From assembly GCF_009914755.1 (NCBI RefSeq), contig NC_060943.1: a DNA stretch of 64,000 nucleotides; one strand, 5' to 3'. Below are positions 42,178 through 56,458 of the stretch, piece by piece (the stretch's first letter is position 1; every line of letters begins with the position of its first letter). The translations under genes were made by a program, and so were the position numbers. A model generated the notes under the pieces. It searched no databases. It was not told the origin of the DNA and worked only from the letters and a program-made list of their open reading frames with translations. The stretch is from the human T2T-CHM13v2.0 reference genome, Homo sapiens.

Positions 42178-43057
42178 CTCCGCGTTGGTCCTTGAGACCA
42201 GGTGCCTGAGCTGGACCTAGTGGCCTGACTCTCCCGATGTCAGAGTCCGGGCCTCTGCTGGATCTTGTATTAGAGGGCTGGGGAGAACAGGCTAGGATTC
42301 CTGGACTTCTCCGGGGACCACTAGAGTCAGCTGGGAGCCAGGGAAGTCCTTCCTGAGAGCGGCTCAGGCTCTTTTCTGCTGTAGCCCGAGAGAAGAGATG
42401 CAGGGGAGGCCCCAGGGACTGTGGGTGCTGGCCTGGGTCAGGACATTCATAGTGAAACCAGAGAGATCTTGCAGTGAGATTCATTTCGTGCAGCGCACCT
42501 GCCTCGGGGCAGGGCTGGGAGGCACGGGGAGGCGATAGAGCCCATGTGGTGGCGGTGGCTGCGGGAGGGACCGGCGCTTATCTGATGGGCCTGGCCTTTC
42601 TCACAGCTCGGTGGAGCCGCCCTGCCAGGCCCATCTTGGCCAGTGGGTCGGGGCTCCGCAGGCCCCGTGGGCTCAGCCTCCCCACCTGCCTGGTGGGCAG
42701 GGAGGCCTTGAGCCTGGGAAAGGCGCGGGCGGCCACTGCTGGAGGGGAGCGGGCACCGTGGGGCTGCGCGCTGCGGCGGGCTCCCCCCACAGGCTCCAAG
42801 ACACGTCAAAACCGGGTACAAAAAATTGGGGCAATCTACGTGTTTACTTCTAACAAATGAATGCTTGTAACGTAAAAACAAGACTTTGCACACCACCGGG
42901 GCTGTTCGGATCCGAGAACGCATGGGTTCACGGGACCCTGTGGGTGGAGGCCCAGCTGGATGTGGCCCCTGGGTGGCGGCATCCTCAGCTCTGCCGGTGG
43001 CTGGGGGACTGTGCGTGGAAGGTCGGTGAGGGACCCCAGAAAAAAGTCTAACAGCCA

Positions 43058-43142
43058 AAGGCGGAGGTTGCAGTGAGCTGAGATTGTACCACTGCACTGT
43101 AGCCCTGACGACAGAGGGAGACTCCATCTCAAAAGAAAAACA
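43058..43142 (+). mobile_element. Alu 3' fragment
   Basis: ggcggaggttgcagtgagctgagat...actccatctcaaaa. Confidence 0.85.
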
Positions 43143-43167
43143 ACATTTTTGGTTTTGTTTTTTTTTT

Positions 43168-43268
43168 TGCTCATTAGCTATCGTTAGTGTTAGTGTATTT
43201 TATGTGTGGCCCAAGACAATTCTTCTTCCAATGTGGTCCAGGGAAGCCAGAAGATTAGGCCCCCTTGG
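43168..43268 (+). mobile_element. MER30 (hAT-Charlie) half element
   Basis: gctcattagctatcgttagtgttagtgtattttatgtgtggcccaagacaattcttcttccaatgtgg matches the MER30 consensus as I recall it. Confidence 0.8.
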
Positions 43269-44211
43269 TCTAAGGCAAAGCAGTCTCAGGGTCAGAAGAC
43301 CTCCACCCCAGCTCGGGCCTGGGTGACCCTCCCTGCAGAGTGCCTCTCTGAGAGCAGGGTACCAGCCACTTGCAGGGGACTGAGCTATCTGCTGGAGGAG
43401 GGTTCAAAACTGGCCCCCAGTCCTGTGCTTATGTGAGTCACCAGTGGGCTACCCAGCGCCACCACTCAGGCCCTGCAGACGGATGTCTGTGGAAGCACTT
43501 TCACAGCGACATGTCACAGGGATGGAGAACTGTGGATGAGGACTCTCCAGGCTGACCAGCCGGCTCTGCCCTGACCATGGGTTGGGACCCCAATCAACCT
43601 AGCTGGGGCTGGGCCCTGCCAGAAGGGGCGCACTAGCCTGGCCTGACCATGGGATGGAAATGGGACATTGTCTGGGGGAGAGGGGAGTGGGGCCAGCCCT
43701 ATGTTATCTCCCCATTTCAAAGAAGGAAAAACCCGGCACAGAGAGAGGGAATCATCGGCCCAAGGCCTCACATCTGGTAAGCGGGGAGCTGGAGTAACCA
43801 GACCCTGAATCCTGGGGGTCTGGTAACCGTGACCCTGGGAGGCTTGGCCACGTGGTCCTGGGGCTTCCTGGCCCCCTCCTGGCCTGAGGCACTCATCCCA
43901 GCCCCGTTGATTTGATGGGCAGAGACCCAGACCTGCCAATGGCTGGGTGTGGCCAGCCTCGTGAACTGAGCGGGGCCCGGTGGCTTCTGCCCAGAGCTGC
44001 CTTTGATCTCAAAAGTAGGCTACCCCCATAGGTGAGACGCGATGTGGGCGCTGCTGTGCTAACCCCATGCCCCAGGACCACTGAAACCTCTCTTGAGCCT
44101 CCCTGGACCAAACTACCTGGTTGCTCTCAGTCCCTTCCACAGCCCCTCGTCCTCCACCTGCCCCTGCAGTGCCCTGGGGCTCCCTCCAGCGCTCCCATCT
44201 CCTCACTTTTT

Positions 44212-44510
<299 letters not shown>

Positions 44511-44896
44511 TCCCTCACTCTTGACACTTTATGGGCCTGCCATCTTCACTCCTTGCTGCCCACACCCAGATGTTCCTCCTGGCCTCAGACCTTTGCACCC
44601 GGCCTCGCTCAAGCTGAGGGTCCAGACATTGATCTTCCTTCACTCCCAGGTCTCACCTCCCTTCCCTTAGCCATGGGACATCCTCCTTCTGCAGACAAGA
44701 ACCCTGGGGTGGTCCTCCCTATCCCCTGCCCCCCGTGAGCATCTAAACCTGGTTCATCTAACCAGACTCCTTCTCCTGCTGTAAAGAATCTTATTGTATC
44801 TCCTTACCACCCCAAAGTAAAATTCATAGATCATAGAATCCCAGCCAGACTTTCAAAATCCATCTAATGTCGTAGCTTTAAAATAAGGAAGAAATA

Positions 44897-45056
44897 GGCC
44901 AGGCACAGTGGCTCATGCTGTAGTCCCAGCACTTTGGGAGGCTGAGGAGGATCACACGAGGCCAGGAGTTCAAGGCTGCGGTGAGCCACGACTGCGCCAC
45001 TGCACTCCAGCTGGGGTGACAGAGCAAGACCCTGTCTCTAAAAACAATAAATAAAT
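44897..45056 (+). mobile_element. Monomeric Alu with 17-bp TSD AAAATAAGGAAGAAATA
   Basis: TSD at 44880-44896 and 45057-45073. Confidence 0.85.
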
Positions 45057-45439
45057 AAAATAAGGAAGAAATAAAAGGAAAGTAATTTATAATTTCATTA
45101 TGTATATTCAACTGGAAAGAGGCCTGGGTGTGACCTACAGTGGACTCAGATGTGGGTTGCACAGAATGGCAGAGGCTGTCACTGCTGCAGACACAGACGG
45201 GAGCAGGGTTACCCTCAGGGCTCAGGTGCTTGCTGGGGCCACCCTGTGATCTTGGGGATGTGTTTCTCCAAAATGGCAAATGCTTCTTGGTAAATTTCCA
45301 AACAAAACAAAGCTCCATCTCCCCTCAGCTTTCATGCTCATTGCATCCCTAGAAATTGTGCATCTGGAAAAGACGCCGAACAGAAGTAGTCATTCCCGAT
45401 AGGGTCATTACCGATAGGGTTTATTAGCAATCCTACATC

Positions 45440-45625
45440 AGAGTTCCTCATGCCCCGCGCTGTGGATATGTTGAGCAGAATAACTGCTGTGCAGTGGGGT
45501 ATGCTCGGCAGCAGCCCTGGCCTCTACCCTCTAAATGCCAGCAGTACCCCTAGGTCATGACAATCAGAAGTGGCTCCAGACACTGAGAAATGTCCCCTGA
45601 GGGGCAAAATTGTTCCCAGTTGGCG
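45440..45625 (+). mobile_element. MER20-like hAT relic
   Basis: cctggcctctaccc...tgccag...tccagacact...aaatgtcccctgaggggcaaaat. Confidence 0.7.
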
Positions 45626-46418
45626 CCCCATCCCCACCTCCTGCCCACACAGAACTCCCTCCTCTCTTGTGTGGGGTGCGGGGCAACTTGCCACCAGGCG
45701 GGATGCCCCTCACACAGCAGGTCCCTGCCACCCCATGACTACAGCACCCCATTACTGCAGCCAGTGAACCCCCTCACACTTCTAAACTACCCCAGGGGAG
45801 AAGCAAAACCACTGTTGTGGGCCTCTGACCTCCCTGATTCTCTAATCTGGGTGGGTGTGGGGGCAGAGATGCCAAGAAGCTCCTTCCCTTCCCAGCACAC
45901 ACTGCAAGATCTGCGGTCCTCATTTCTCCCAGGCCTGGCTACTCTGTAACAGCTGCATCCTTACTGGCCCTGTGGGGACATGGGACGTGTCCCTGCCGTG
46001 GCTCCCAGCGGCCCCGGTGTGCTGGGCCTTTCTGCCTCCCTTAATTCCACCTTCCCTGTTCCAGCTGCTTGGAATGTCCTCAGTGCTTTTCCTCTGCAGT
46101 TACCCTGGAATTCCAGGGGAGTGCTTGGGTTGGTGGAACCTTCTTAGCCCAGGTATCCTCCTCCTCCAGGGAGCCCTCCGGAAATGTCCCTCCCTTTATA
46201 GGCTGGGGCCAGCACTCCCTCCCCGGCTTCTTTAGCCCATGGGAGGCAGCATCCACTCATTGTGTTCCTCCTTCCCTGCCTCCTGCTCCCCCATACCATC
46301 CCTTAACCCAGCCAGAGTCATTCCTCTTTGTAGCATCCCAGTCCTGGCCCAGAGTCTGGCTCCTAAAAGGCACTATAAATATTGGTGGCAAAGTTGAGGC
46401 TGTGACACTCAGTTCAAT

Positions 46419-46718
46419 TTTTTTTTTTTTTTTTTAAAGAGACAAGGTCTTACTTACTCTGTCACCCAGGCTGGAGTGCAGTGGTGCAGTCATAGCTCAC
46501 TGCAGCCTCAAACCTCTGGGCTCTAGCAATCTTCCGGCTCAGCATCCTGAGTAGCTGGGGTTACAGGTGTGAACCACCGTGCCTAGCTAATTAAAAAGAA
46601 AAAAAGTTTTTTTGTAGAGACAGGGTCTCACCATGTTGCCCAGGCTGGTCTTGAACTTCTGGCCTCAAGCAACTGTCCCGCCTCAGCCTCCCAAAGTGTT
46701 GGGATTACGAGTGTGAAC
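46419..46718 (-). mobile_element. Alu (J-like)
   Basis: Reverse Alu consensus. Confidence 0.88.
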
Positions 46719-49208
46719 TTCAATTCAATTCAATTGGCCCTTCAATTCTGTGTTCATTCACTGAAGATTCCAATGCCCCTCCCCCATCTAAAGTGGGGCA
46801 GACCAGAGGGAGGAGCAGTGGAGGCGGGGTGGACAGGGTCCCAGCGCTGGAGGAGACCCATCTGTGAGCCACCTGGAATCTCATCTGCCTGCCCAAGGCT
46901 TCTGCCCCTTCTACAGGAATGGGAGTCCCTTCAGGTGGACATAGGAGTTTCTCCATCTGAAAGTGCCCACCAGGGAAGAACTGCGCCAATCCCGATGGGC
47001 ACTGGGGCTGAGGGAGGGCACTGGGGACGCAAGGACCCTCTAACTCCACCCATAGAACCCTTTTAGGGGCCCAGGCCTCCAGGCCAGCTCCCTGGCACAC
47101 ACCACTTGTGGAGTATGAACTTCCAGCCCCTAAGCCTCCGGGCTTTGAGCACAGCCTGGGCAGCAGCTGCAGGCACACTGGGGTGCCCACTCACTCTTCA
47201 TCCTGCCCATGCCTGCCCATCTCTAGCCAAGGTCCATACCATGCACACAGGTGAGTGCTGTGGGGAAGAGCACACAGAGGCTGCAGCTGGCCCCCCGGGC
47301 AGGTCCTCAGCCCACTAGGCCCCTAGCCCAACCCTGGCTGAGACCCCAGCCTGCCCTGTGGGTGCCCGGCTTCTGTGACACCTCCGTTGCATAAGCGGGG
47401 ACTAGAGGTCAGGTGAAGGCTGCAGGGGAGGGGGCTCTCTAGTGGATGAGGCCACCTCCCAGCTGGCAGGGCTGAGTGCATGGCAGTGAGGGACGCCTGG
47501 GTCCTGGGAAGGCACAGGAGGTAGAGACCCCGAGGCCCTGCCAGCTTCCCCGCGCAAGCCTGGGAAGCAAAGTGCCCACATCTTCTGTTTCTGTCAGTTC
47601 CTGCCAAGTCCCAGTGCCTACAACTGGGAAATGGGGCAAGTCACCTTCTCCTTCCTCTCTTGGTGGCTCTGGAAGGAAAAAGCCAGTGGTGTCACCTGAA
47701 GGCAGCCCCTTTAGGCAGGCTGGGTCTGGGGTCTCAGATGCCTGGTGCTGCCCTGTGCTGCTGGCCACGTGTGCCCCCGTGCCTTGGTTGGCAGGGTTCT
47801 GGGCAGCCCCGCCTACAGGCCTTTCCCCCCGTTCTTCGGGCTCCCCTGTGTGATGCAGGCGGCCTGGCCCTGGCCCGGAAGGGAGGCCGCTCTTGGCTGA
47901 TGCTCACATGCCCACTCCTGGGCCTGGCCTGGCTCCTGGGCCCTCTCCCATGCCCATGTCCTCGAGGGCCACCAGGAGACGGGCCCTGGTTGGGGCAGAC
48001 GTCGCCTTGGGGCTGGTCCCTCCTGGGCTTCTGGCTGGGTTGGTGACCTCCTTCCCCACTGGGTTCTGGCTGGGTGTTCACCTGGGGCTCCTGGCTCTGT
48101 CCCAGGTTGGCTTTCACAGCAGCAACCGTGAGGCCTGGCTGGGAGGAGGTGGGTGGAAAGTCCAAGGCTCCTCCTCTAGGCCTCCCTCCCCGGGGGGACT
48201 AGCTGATCACGGGGGGTGCTCCTGGGCAGGCACTCCTGGGGGTGAGGGGTGGTTGGGGGGTGCATGTGGTCCGGTAGGGCACTGGAGAAGACCCTCTGCC
48301 CAGAGGGCCCCAGGACACCCCTTCCCATAGGCCCACACGGCTCTGTGGCCGTGTGCGTGGGAGGGAGGGAGGGATGAGTGTCACAGCGGGTGTGAGTGCG
48401 CCTGTGGGTGCGGCCCGGAGAGCCGGCATGGGGGCGGGGGACCGTGAGAACCAGTCTGTGGGTGGAGACCTAGGGCAGGGGTGCCCTTCCTTTCTGGGAT
48501 GTCCCAGGCCAAGGAGTTTGGGGGCTTGGGGGCCCACAGTGCAAGAGGAAATCCTGGCCACTAGGTGTCACCCGGAGCCCATGGGACAGAAGCAGGCCCC
48601 CCCCACCGCCCCTGGGGAGGGGTCGGAGCCCCTTACCTCCCAGGTATGCCCACTCCCGCAGCTGGGGGGCAATCCCTGGTCTGTCACGGTGTCTGAGGGT
48701 CCACTCGCAGTGGGGAGCTGGTGGCACGGCGTTGCCCTGTGCAGGAGGCCATATGCTCTATGGAAGCACCCCGTCCCCACCTCCTGCCCATACAGACCCG
48801 GACTGAGGACGGAGCCAGTGACAGGTGGGGATGCAGCATCCCTCCCAGCCCACCCAGCCCCTCTGATGCCCGGGTGCCTGCGGCAGGGGCCCCCTCGTGC
48901 CAGCCCCTCCAAGGGAGCAGCTTGGACCTACGCCTGCCGTGCTTGCCGGCCTCAGGATGGAGGAGGGAAGGGTCCTCGTTCACAACCACCCCCCATCCCC
49001 CTTAGGTCCAGCTCAGCAAATTAGGGTCCCAAAGCCCTGCCCAGACCACTGGGGGCCTTTTGCAGCCTTTCAGAGCTGGTCCCCACCCTCCTGCTGTGCA
49101 TCCACTCATCCAAAGCACAGCAAGGACCTACTGTGTGCTGGGAGGGCCCTGCCCGGCGGAGCTCACGTGTGATGGGATGTCAGCCGCCAAATATAGAAAC
49201 CAGAAAAT

Positions 49209-49630
49209 TTGTTTTTATTCATTTATTTATGAGACAGAGTCTTGCTCTGTTGCCCAGGCTGGAGTGCGGTGGCACTATCTGGGCTCACTGCAACCTCCGC
49301 CTCCTGGGTTCAAGTGATTCTCCTGCCTCAGCCTCTTGAGTAGCTGGGACTACAGGCATGTGCCACCATGACCTGCTAATTTTTGTAGTTTTAGTAGAGA
49401 CAGGGTTTCACCATGTTGGTCAGGCTGGTCTCAAACTCTGACCTCAAGTGATCCATCTGCCTCAGCCTCCCAATACAGGCATGAGCCACCGTGCCCGGCT
49501 AACACTTATATTTTTTGTACAGGGTTTCACCATACTGGCCAGGATGGTCTCGAACTCCAGACCTCAGGTGATCGCCCGCCTTGGCCTCCCAAAGTGCTGG
49601 GATTACAGGTGTGAGCCACTGTGCCTGGCC
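49209..49630 (-). mobile_element. Alu plus adjacent Alu monomer
   Basis: Reverse Alu consensus, two units. Confidence 0.88.
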
Positions 49631-50027
49631 TAAACCAGAGAATTTGTAATGGAGACAGTGACACACAGGAAAACATCATGGAGGAACTGGAAGGGCCGTG
49701 GGTGAGGTGGCAGCTTTGGTGGGGCTTGGGGGAGGGGAGCACCCCCAGGGAGGGACTTGTGAGCAAGTGAGGAAGAGCATCAGTGAGGTGAGCACCCCAG
49801 GGAAAGGCATTAGGGCAGCTGGAACAGTCCGTGCTAAGGCCCCAAGGCAGGAACGAGCCAAACCTGTCAGTGAAACACCAGGACCTGTGTGGACTGGGGC
49901 GGTGATGCAGGTGGGAGGTGGGAGGAAACAGAGGGCCTTGGACCGTGTTGCCTTCTCCCCAGGCCCTCAGGGACCATCCCTGCCACAGGGCAGTGGAGCC
50001 TTTTGGCTGGCACATGAGGCTCTCCTA

Positions 50028-50430
<403 letters not shown>

Positions 50431-50921
50431 TCATGGAGGGGCCCTTTCCTCACTGGCTGAGCGGTCCCCAAGGCAGGGCATGGCTGGTCTGTCCCAGCTG
50501 CCAGGCTCCTAGACAGGGTCTTCTTGGCTGGGGGGAAAGGTTGGCTGAGGTAGGGCAGAGGGAAGGGCGGCAGAGGTCCTGTCCCAGCACCCCTCTGCTG
50601 CTCAGCTCTTTGCAGTATCTGCACACCCCAGAGTAAAACCAAAGACCTTGCCACAGCAGTGACCCTACACGCAGCCCCAGAAGCTCGTTCACCTCATCAA
50701 CTCTCCCTGTCACCCAGCTGGCACCACCACACTACTCCTTAAGTAGGGACGCTCCTGCCCCAGGGCTTTTGTGCTGGTGGCACCTCTGCCTGGAATGCCC
50801 TTTCCCCAAAACCCTCAGAGCTCCTCACCCCTTCACCCCACTGCAGGACTCTGCCAAATGCCACCTTCCCAGGAAGCTTTCTCTGCCCGTTCCATTGAAA
50901 AGCACATTCCCCACCTCAGCA

Positions 50922-51506
<585 letters not shown>

Positions 51507-52289
51507 TGACCACCATGTGAACTTCTAGATCTTTTACTTGTTTATTTTTATGGCCCATCTCTCCCACTACCCAACTAGGCTGCAAGCTGAATGGTCTGTT
51601 TTGTTTACCAAGGCATCCACACCACCTAGCACAGTGCCCGCAAACACAGCAACAAATACTTGAATGAATGAATGGGATTGAATAGGACAAGGCTCCCCCA
51701 TCCTTCCTGACCTCATCTGGCCACAGTAGGACCAGGATTTGGGCCTTAGCATCCACCCATCTCCAGCAGAGGCCAAGGCCTAAGCAAGGTGTCGTGTGCC
51801 TCAAGACGGCCGAGCCACTGACCACAGCACATCTGCTCCTGCTTGATGGTCCTGGGAACTGCGTTTTACCTGCAGCAAATCACATTCAGTCACCTCAGGC
51901 AAACACTGCAAGGCGTGAAACGTGGGCAATCTGCTGTGCCACACATGTTACATGGAGGCACTGGGGACATGTAGGAGGATGAAGGAAACTGCATCGCAGG
52001 GAAGAGGTGATGCCTTGGGGAGAGACAGGCCTCAACTGTCCTGCCTCCCCTGGGGGAGGTGTCAGTGGACTACTGAGTGAAGATGTCCTGCTATCAGGGT
52101 CCCCTCGTGCCAAGTTTCTAGTGGCAAGGCAGGGCCTCCCCTGGGAGCCTCTCACATACCTGCCCCTTCACTAGAGGGCATGAAATCTACTCCAGCCCAA
52201 GGCTGCGCAGCTCTGAGATGGACCCTGTCTCTCTGAATTGCCTCTTCTGATTCTCAAGAGGTATTTAAAGCGGATCTCTACTTGCTTTT

Positions 52290-52448
52290 TACTTATTTTT
52301 GAGAAAAGTTCTCACTCTGTCACCCAGGCTAGAGGGCAGTGGCATGATCACAGCTGGCTGCAGCCTCGAACTCCTGGGCTCAAGCTATCCTCCTGCCTCA
52401 GCCTCCCAAAGTGCTGGGATTACAGGTGTAAGCCACCAGGACCAGCCT
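52290..52448 (-). mobile_element. Alu monomer or partial Alu
   Basis: Reverse Alu motifs. Confidence 0.82.
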
Positions 52449-53227
52449 CCTCTTGCTTTTGGCTTATCCAGTTTCCCTAAATTAATTTTGTGTGCCTTTT
52501 AGGAGAAGATGGGGTCAGTAATGCATTAGAGCCCAATTAATCATTCTAAAAAAAGATCTGATTGAGACATACTTATAAAGCGACTCCTAGAGCTGAAAGG
52601 TCAAAATCTAGCCTAGATATTTAAAAACATTTTTAAAGAAATGTATTCGAAAAGCTCAATGCTCTTTTTAAGGTGAGAGGTGGGGAGCCTCAAATTTTGG
52701 GAGCCCTTGAGGGGACCTGAAGGAACCCCAGGGATTTCTTGGAGCATAATTTGAAAACCACAGATTAAACTCAAGATATCCTCATTGCAGGGAGGAACCA
52801 CATTCTGAGGCCTATTTTTATGACAATGGCTAGTAGAGCCAGTCTGCAGTACCTGATGTCCCCAGTAGGGGTCACTTCTAGGAGGAAGCCTCTGCCAGGC
52901 CCTGGTGTAATCAAGGAGGGCTCCAGGCCCAAGTGGGCCCATGTGCCTGTGTCTGTGCCTCAGTGCCAGTGACTTCAAGCTTGAGTCTGCTCTGAGCCAG
53001 GCGCCACTACATGCCCCCCCAGTGGACAGAGCTGCCCTCTGGCCACGCCGCCAGCTGGCTAGGGCTGATCAGAAGCCTTCAGTTTCAGGACAGCTGCCAG
53101 GGTGTGGACCATGGGGACTGGTAAGAGTTTCTGGCTAAGTCCTGGCCAAGCCATTCCAAGGGACAGCTGCAGTGTCTCTCCAGTCAGCACCTGGAAGGGG
53201 GCCAGCCCAGCCTCAGACCTGGGGCCA

Positions 53228-53456
53228 AACACATGTGAGTATGTGCAAACGTGCACACACGTGTCCACAGCCACACACAAATACACATGTGCATGAACAC
53301 ATGTTCACACATGTACTCCATGCACAAAGGAACACACACACAAATAACATGCACATGCAAGCACATGCACTAACAAGCGCATGAATGCACACATGTGCAA
53401 ATGCACAGGGATGTGTGCACAAATCACATATGTGCACACACTCACACAGACAAACA
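53228..53456. repeat. CA/TG alternating low-complexity tract
   Basis: acacatgtgca-type units. Confidence 0.8.
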
Positions 53457-56400
53457 CTCCCCACTCTGCCTCCCCAGGCAGGCTCCAGGAATGGAGAAAC
53501 GCCTTTGCATCCAATGTGTTTGGGGTGAGATCAGCTGGGGGAGGGGCCTCTTCCCTGCCTCCCCAGTCCTGGCAGCTCCTCCCTTCTGGGCCAGGCTTCT
53601 CCCCTGTCTGGACTGGTTGGCATATGTGTATGGGAGGAGGAAGGGGCAGCAGGAATGTCCTACCACCCCCAGGAGCTGCTCTGGGCAGAGGCAGGGGATG
53701 GCGCCTTTGCTGGACTCCCTGGCTGCATCTTTCTGGGTGGGGGGCACTGGGATGGTTCCTGTATCCCATAGAAGCAAACTGGGCAGAGGGCCGAGGTGGG
53801 TGCTGTGGTCACTGTCAGGCATTGAAGGGACCCGGGGTCATCCCTGAAGCAGGTCAGCCTGGGAGAGGCCTTCCAGGCTTGCTGCAGTCGGCACCCCCCG
53901 CCCCAGGAAGCCAGCCCAGCCATAGCCTCCTGCCCTTTTGAAGATGCTCCCTCCTGGCTTCTGTCCCTGCTGGCAGGCTGGGGTTTCTGAACCCCTCATT
54001 CCTCAGTCATCTCGACCCTGTGAGAGCCTCAGAGGCCTCCTGATCCCTGTTGTCCCCTGGCCATCCTGGAGTGTCAGCCCGGGGCTGGCCCTGAGCTCAT
54101 TTTCAGCATGACAACTGGTCCTCAGCTGACACCCCCATCCCCTCAGCCCAGGAGGCCAGCTGTGGTGGGTTCTGCTGAATCCAGCTTGCTAACCACCAGC
54201 CCATGCCCACAGTCCCTGGCAGGGGACACAGTTCTGCCCCCTCCCCCACCAGATCAATACCTCCAAGACTGCTGTCAGCAAATCTTTGACCTCTGACCTG
54301 GCCACACACAGTGACCCCTGAACCTGTTGGTCTTTCCACCAACCCTTGCTCTAGTCTCTGGGGTGGGTGAGGGGCTGACACCCTGGCTCTGGCCTGGGCT
54401 GTTAGGGGCAGGGAGAGGGTGAGGCCATCAGTCCCCACCAGCCCGGCCTCTTCCCTTCACTCCACACTCAGGGCCACAGTGGTTGGTGTTGTTGGGGGGG
54501 GGATGGATGCAGTGGGGGATGTGCCACCTATGCCAAGCAGGCTGTGATGAAGGATTCGGGGATTCCTTCTGGAGCCCAGGGGCCCTGGGAGCTCCAGCCA
54601 TGAGTGAAGAGCCAGCAGCGAAGAGGATGGCTTCCCATCCTCTCTCCAAGGCCCACAAAGGTGCCCACCCCTTTCTGCTCTGGGCCCTCCGGATCGATCT
54701 GGGACCCAGCAGCCTTGCAGCCCTGACCTGAGAATGCAAAGGGGCCTGTACAGATTGCTTCCTGAGCCCTGTTCCTTGCAGCTCAGCTGGGAGGGTCCCT
54801 GTCCTGCCCACCCATCCTGCCCCAGATAAGGGTCTAGCCCACTGTCTCGCAGAAACCGTGGTGGACCCCAGTGGTGCTGTTGGGAGCCCCACATCCCGAA
54901 CCACCCTGGGATACAGCCTCGGGAGTCCTGCGCTCCCTGGCAGACACCACTGACCAGGGACCCTGCCTTCAGGAAATCCGGCCAGGACAACAGGACCTGC
55001 CCCTCTGGTGTCCAGGTCAGCTCACCATGTGGCCCTTTCCTGGCCCGCCTTCCCTTGCTCCTGCTCCTAGGAAGAGATGCCTCCACCTCCACTCCCCCAT
55101 GGGGCATTCTGAAGGCCATGGGTTCCAGCAGTCCTGTGCTGGCACCAACTGGGTCTGCGGTAGGACAAGGGGCAGTGGCTCAGAGACTCCAGCAGTGAGA
55201 CACTTCCCTGTCCCAGGAGGAGGGGAAGAAGAGGAGCAGGAGGAGGAAGGAGAGGGAGAGGAGGGAGGATGGTCAGGGCCCCCCACTAAAATGGGACAGG
55301 CAGGTGAGGGGTGCTTGGAGTGGAGACTATGCTGGAAACTGAGGCTGAGAGAAGGTAGTCAGAGGCAGAGCCACGCATGTGTGCTCCAGTGCGCCTGACT
55401 CCAGGGTCCTCGCTTCTCCTGACTGCATCAGACTCGACCTTGACCTCTGGGTATGCTGGGTCAGGGCAGAGTGCTGACGCACTGCAGAGCCCCTCGGGCC
55501 CCGCCTCTCTGCTTACAGGGGCCTTCTCAGGAGCCAGTAGGGACCAACCCAGGCAGGGGACTGTTTGGACGAGTCCAGGCCAGGTGGAGGTGTGGGCAGC
55601 CGGCCCTGAGGTCACTGGGTGTGTGTCAGGGGTGGGGATTGTCCAGGAGGCCCCTACAGAGCAACACGTCATTCTAAGGCTACATTTCACACTGGCCTCG
55701 GGTATGACCTTGGCCGTCCCTTCTCCCCTAAGCAGTCCTCTGGGCTTTCTGGGAGCCTTGGTTTCTTCTCCACTTGAGACCTGGGCCAGTCAGGTGGGAA
55801 AAGCCAGCAGCCACGGGGGGCCTGGTGCAGAGGAGGAGGTGGGAGAAGCAGCAGGCGGGGGGCGCCCAAGGAGCCTCTCTGCCTACCTTGGGCTCAGCCT
55901 TGCACTTGATGACCCCACCCGGGCCTGTGTGACAACCATGCCACTGACGGGGAACTGAGCCTCGGAGAGGGGAGGTGACTCACAGAGGTGACCCAGGAGA
56001 TGGAACCGCATTGGGAGCTGGGGCTGGACATTCCAGCCGCTGCCAGGAAAATCCTGCCGGAAGAGTGCACTGTGCGGGTGCCCAGGAGGCTGCGGGTCTG
56101 CACCCAGCTCCTCCGACCCGGTGCCCAGGACCCCTGCCTGGCTGGCCAGAGAGGGGAAGTGCGCCCCGGGCGGCCAGCCCGCAGCTGTTGGGCAACATCT
56201 GGAGGGAAGGAGGAGGTGAGGAGCAGAGGGCGTGGAGCTGGGTCCTGACGTGTGCCCGCGCTGCCCGGCACCCACGAGGGCTGGGGCCCGGTGCCACCCG
56301 GGGGTCTCAGCCTCCTTCTAGTCCCACGAGCCCTAGAGGACTTCCTAGTCCCCCTCGCTGTGCCCTGGGGGGTCTGGGCTCTGTCCTAGGGGGTCTGGGC

Positions 56401-56458
56401 TGTGCACAACACACCACACCCCCGCCCCAGATGGGGGCTCCTGAAGACCCATGCTCCA

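Noticed and set aside
42825-42835. ATTGGGGCAAT as a C/EBP site
   Set aside because: Half-site spacing is one base too long for the TTGCNNAA consensus
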